In this document: positions 62,763 to 64,000 of the stretch, piece by piece
Layout: each line of letters starts with the position of its first letter
How positions within the stretch are numbered: position 1 is the stretch's first letter
From: Harriotta raleighana
Taxonomy: Eukaryota
DNA: 64,000 nt
Direction of reading: 5' to 3'
NCBI GenBank assembly: GCA_050575255.1
Contig: JBNZDD010013721.1
Span: 7,997,671 to 8,061,670 of the forward strand
The notes under the pieces: model-generated
Told to the model about the DNA's origin: nothing
What the model saw: the letters and a program-made list of their open reading frames with translations, nothing else
Databases searched by the model: none
Made by a program: the position numbers and the translations under genes

Positions 62763-64000
62763 TGCAGACAGAGAGCAAACTAACTGTGAAGAAATGCTCA
62801 CCTACGACCTTGCCAAAAACAAAACCTTTGCAATTAAAGCCTCGCTCGGCAGAAGAAGAAAAACAGCGGCTGTGTAGATGAAGCCGATCTGCCCTGTCAA
62901 AGCGAAGGCATTTCATCCCCTCACTAATGCAGCAGACGTGCGTGCATTAGCAAGCGTTGGCTTTCCAGGCAAATAGGAGCCAAAGAAAAGGAGAGAGACT
63001 CGTAATATACTGCGGGGTTAATGACAGTCTCCAGATTTTCTCATAATGACAGGTTGTCGACAGGTTATTTACTCATTTTCCCCTTAATACGTTGTTAGAA
63101 TTTCACTTTCACTGAGGCTGACTGGGAAACAGTGCTGTTCTCGAAAGTAGTATTTCTCAACAGATGGGAGCTAAGACACGCTACTTAAATACATAATACT
63201 GCCAAACTTACAAGGTTCGCAATCACGTAATTAGCTGTAATTAAGGAACAGTAAGTGAAAAATAATTTACAGTTTAGTTTATTTATCACATTAGCTGGTG
63301 TCAACTTTTAGTCACACAGAACAGCGTGAATTCAATTATTTTTTTTGCCTTCCGCTGGGTTAATTTGAAAATGTAAGAGATGCAGTAAAGCGGGAGCTAC
63401 AGTAAGGGACTAGTTTTATACAAACTGGTTCACATAGAGCGCACATAATTAGTCCTGCCTTGGAGACTGTTCCCACTAAGAGTCTATACGTACCTGTTAA
63501 ATATACATCCTGCAGCGTTGCAATTTAAATTAGCGATTTTCTGGGCAAAATTTCTTTCAACAAATGTTTTTCAGAAGGAGTTGTGAATTGCTACGGATGC
63601 CCCACTTGTGCCAAATTGCTGGGTGGGTTTCTGCATAGTTAGTCATTATTTCCTTTTGTCGTCAAAGTGGGAGATGCGCAGGTCTGAGAAATAATAATAA
63701 TACAGTTGTGAGCTGATAATTATCACCAGTGAAACATTCTCTCCCGCCACCCCCACCACCCTTCTCCGACTCAGTTAACATGGTATGGCCTAAAAGCCTT
63801 TGATCCTGCCTCCATGCAGATCCCAGCATTTCAATGTCACCTCATGGAATACCATCTTTACCAGGGTCAGGTTTAATATGATATTCCCCAATTTGTCACC
63901 ATGGGCTCATTAACTGTGGAGATTAACATTTTGGAGTGAATCGCTTTAATGAAATCAGGGATAGGGACTCTCCTCCCATCCTCCCCCATTAACCTCCCCC

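Noticed and set aside
1-64000. Conserved miRNA, snoRNA or rRNA genes
   Set aside because: No mature sequence of the common vertebrate families I could recall was seen by eye; an Infernal/miRBase scan would be needed to exclude them.

Overview
Non-coding vertebrate DNA with no recognisable host protein-coding gene; nearly all ORFs in the track are spurious or transposon-derived. The repeat content points to a cartilaginous fish, and single-N contig joins suggest a draft assembly such as elephant shark, Callorhinchus milii (inference). That content is SacSINE1-like Deu-domain SINEs, a second tRNA-headed SINE with the same tail, many L2 3' ends with (GTT)n tails, CR1 3' fragments and two Tigger/pogo-type MITEs. 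The window reads as a large intron or gene desert, with repeat-free blocks rich in homeodomain/PBX-MEIS motifs that look like conserved enhancers. The most notable observation is two copies of a short non-coding element (49179-49405 and 51509-51650). Each is bounded by an 11-13 bp target-site duplication and carries a decayed minimal type I hammerhead ribozyme core of the kind found in Penelope-like elements and retrozymes. One copy is a ~190 bp near-perfect hairpin; the other is inserted into the A box of a SINE. Also seen: a candidate minus-strand exon encoding a signal-peptide-like sequence (55569-55772), an RE1/REST-like site, an old 8 x 32 bp minisatellite, and three N-flanked duplications that are probably assembly artefacts. 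Repeat family names come from recalled consensus motifs, not a database search; boundaries of degenerate copies are approximate.
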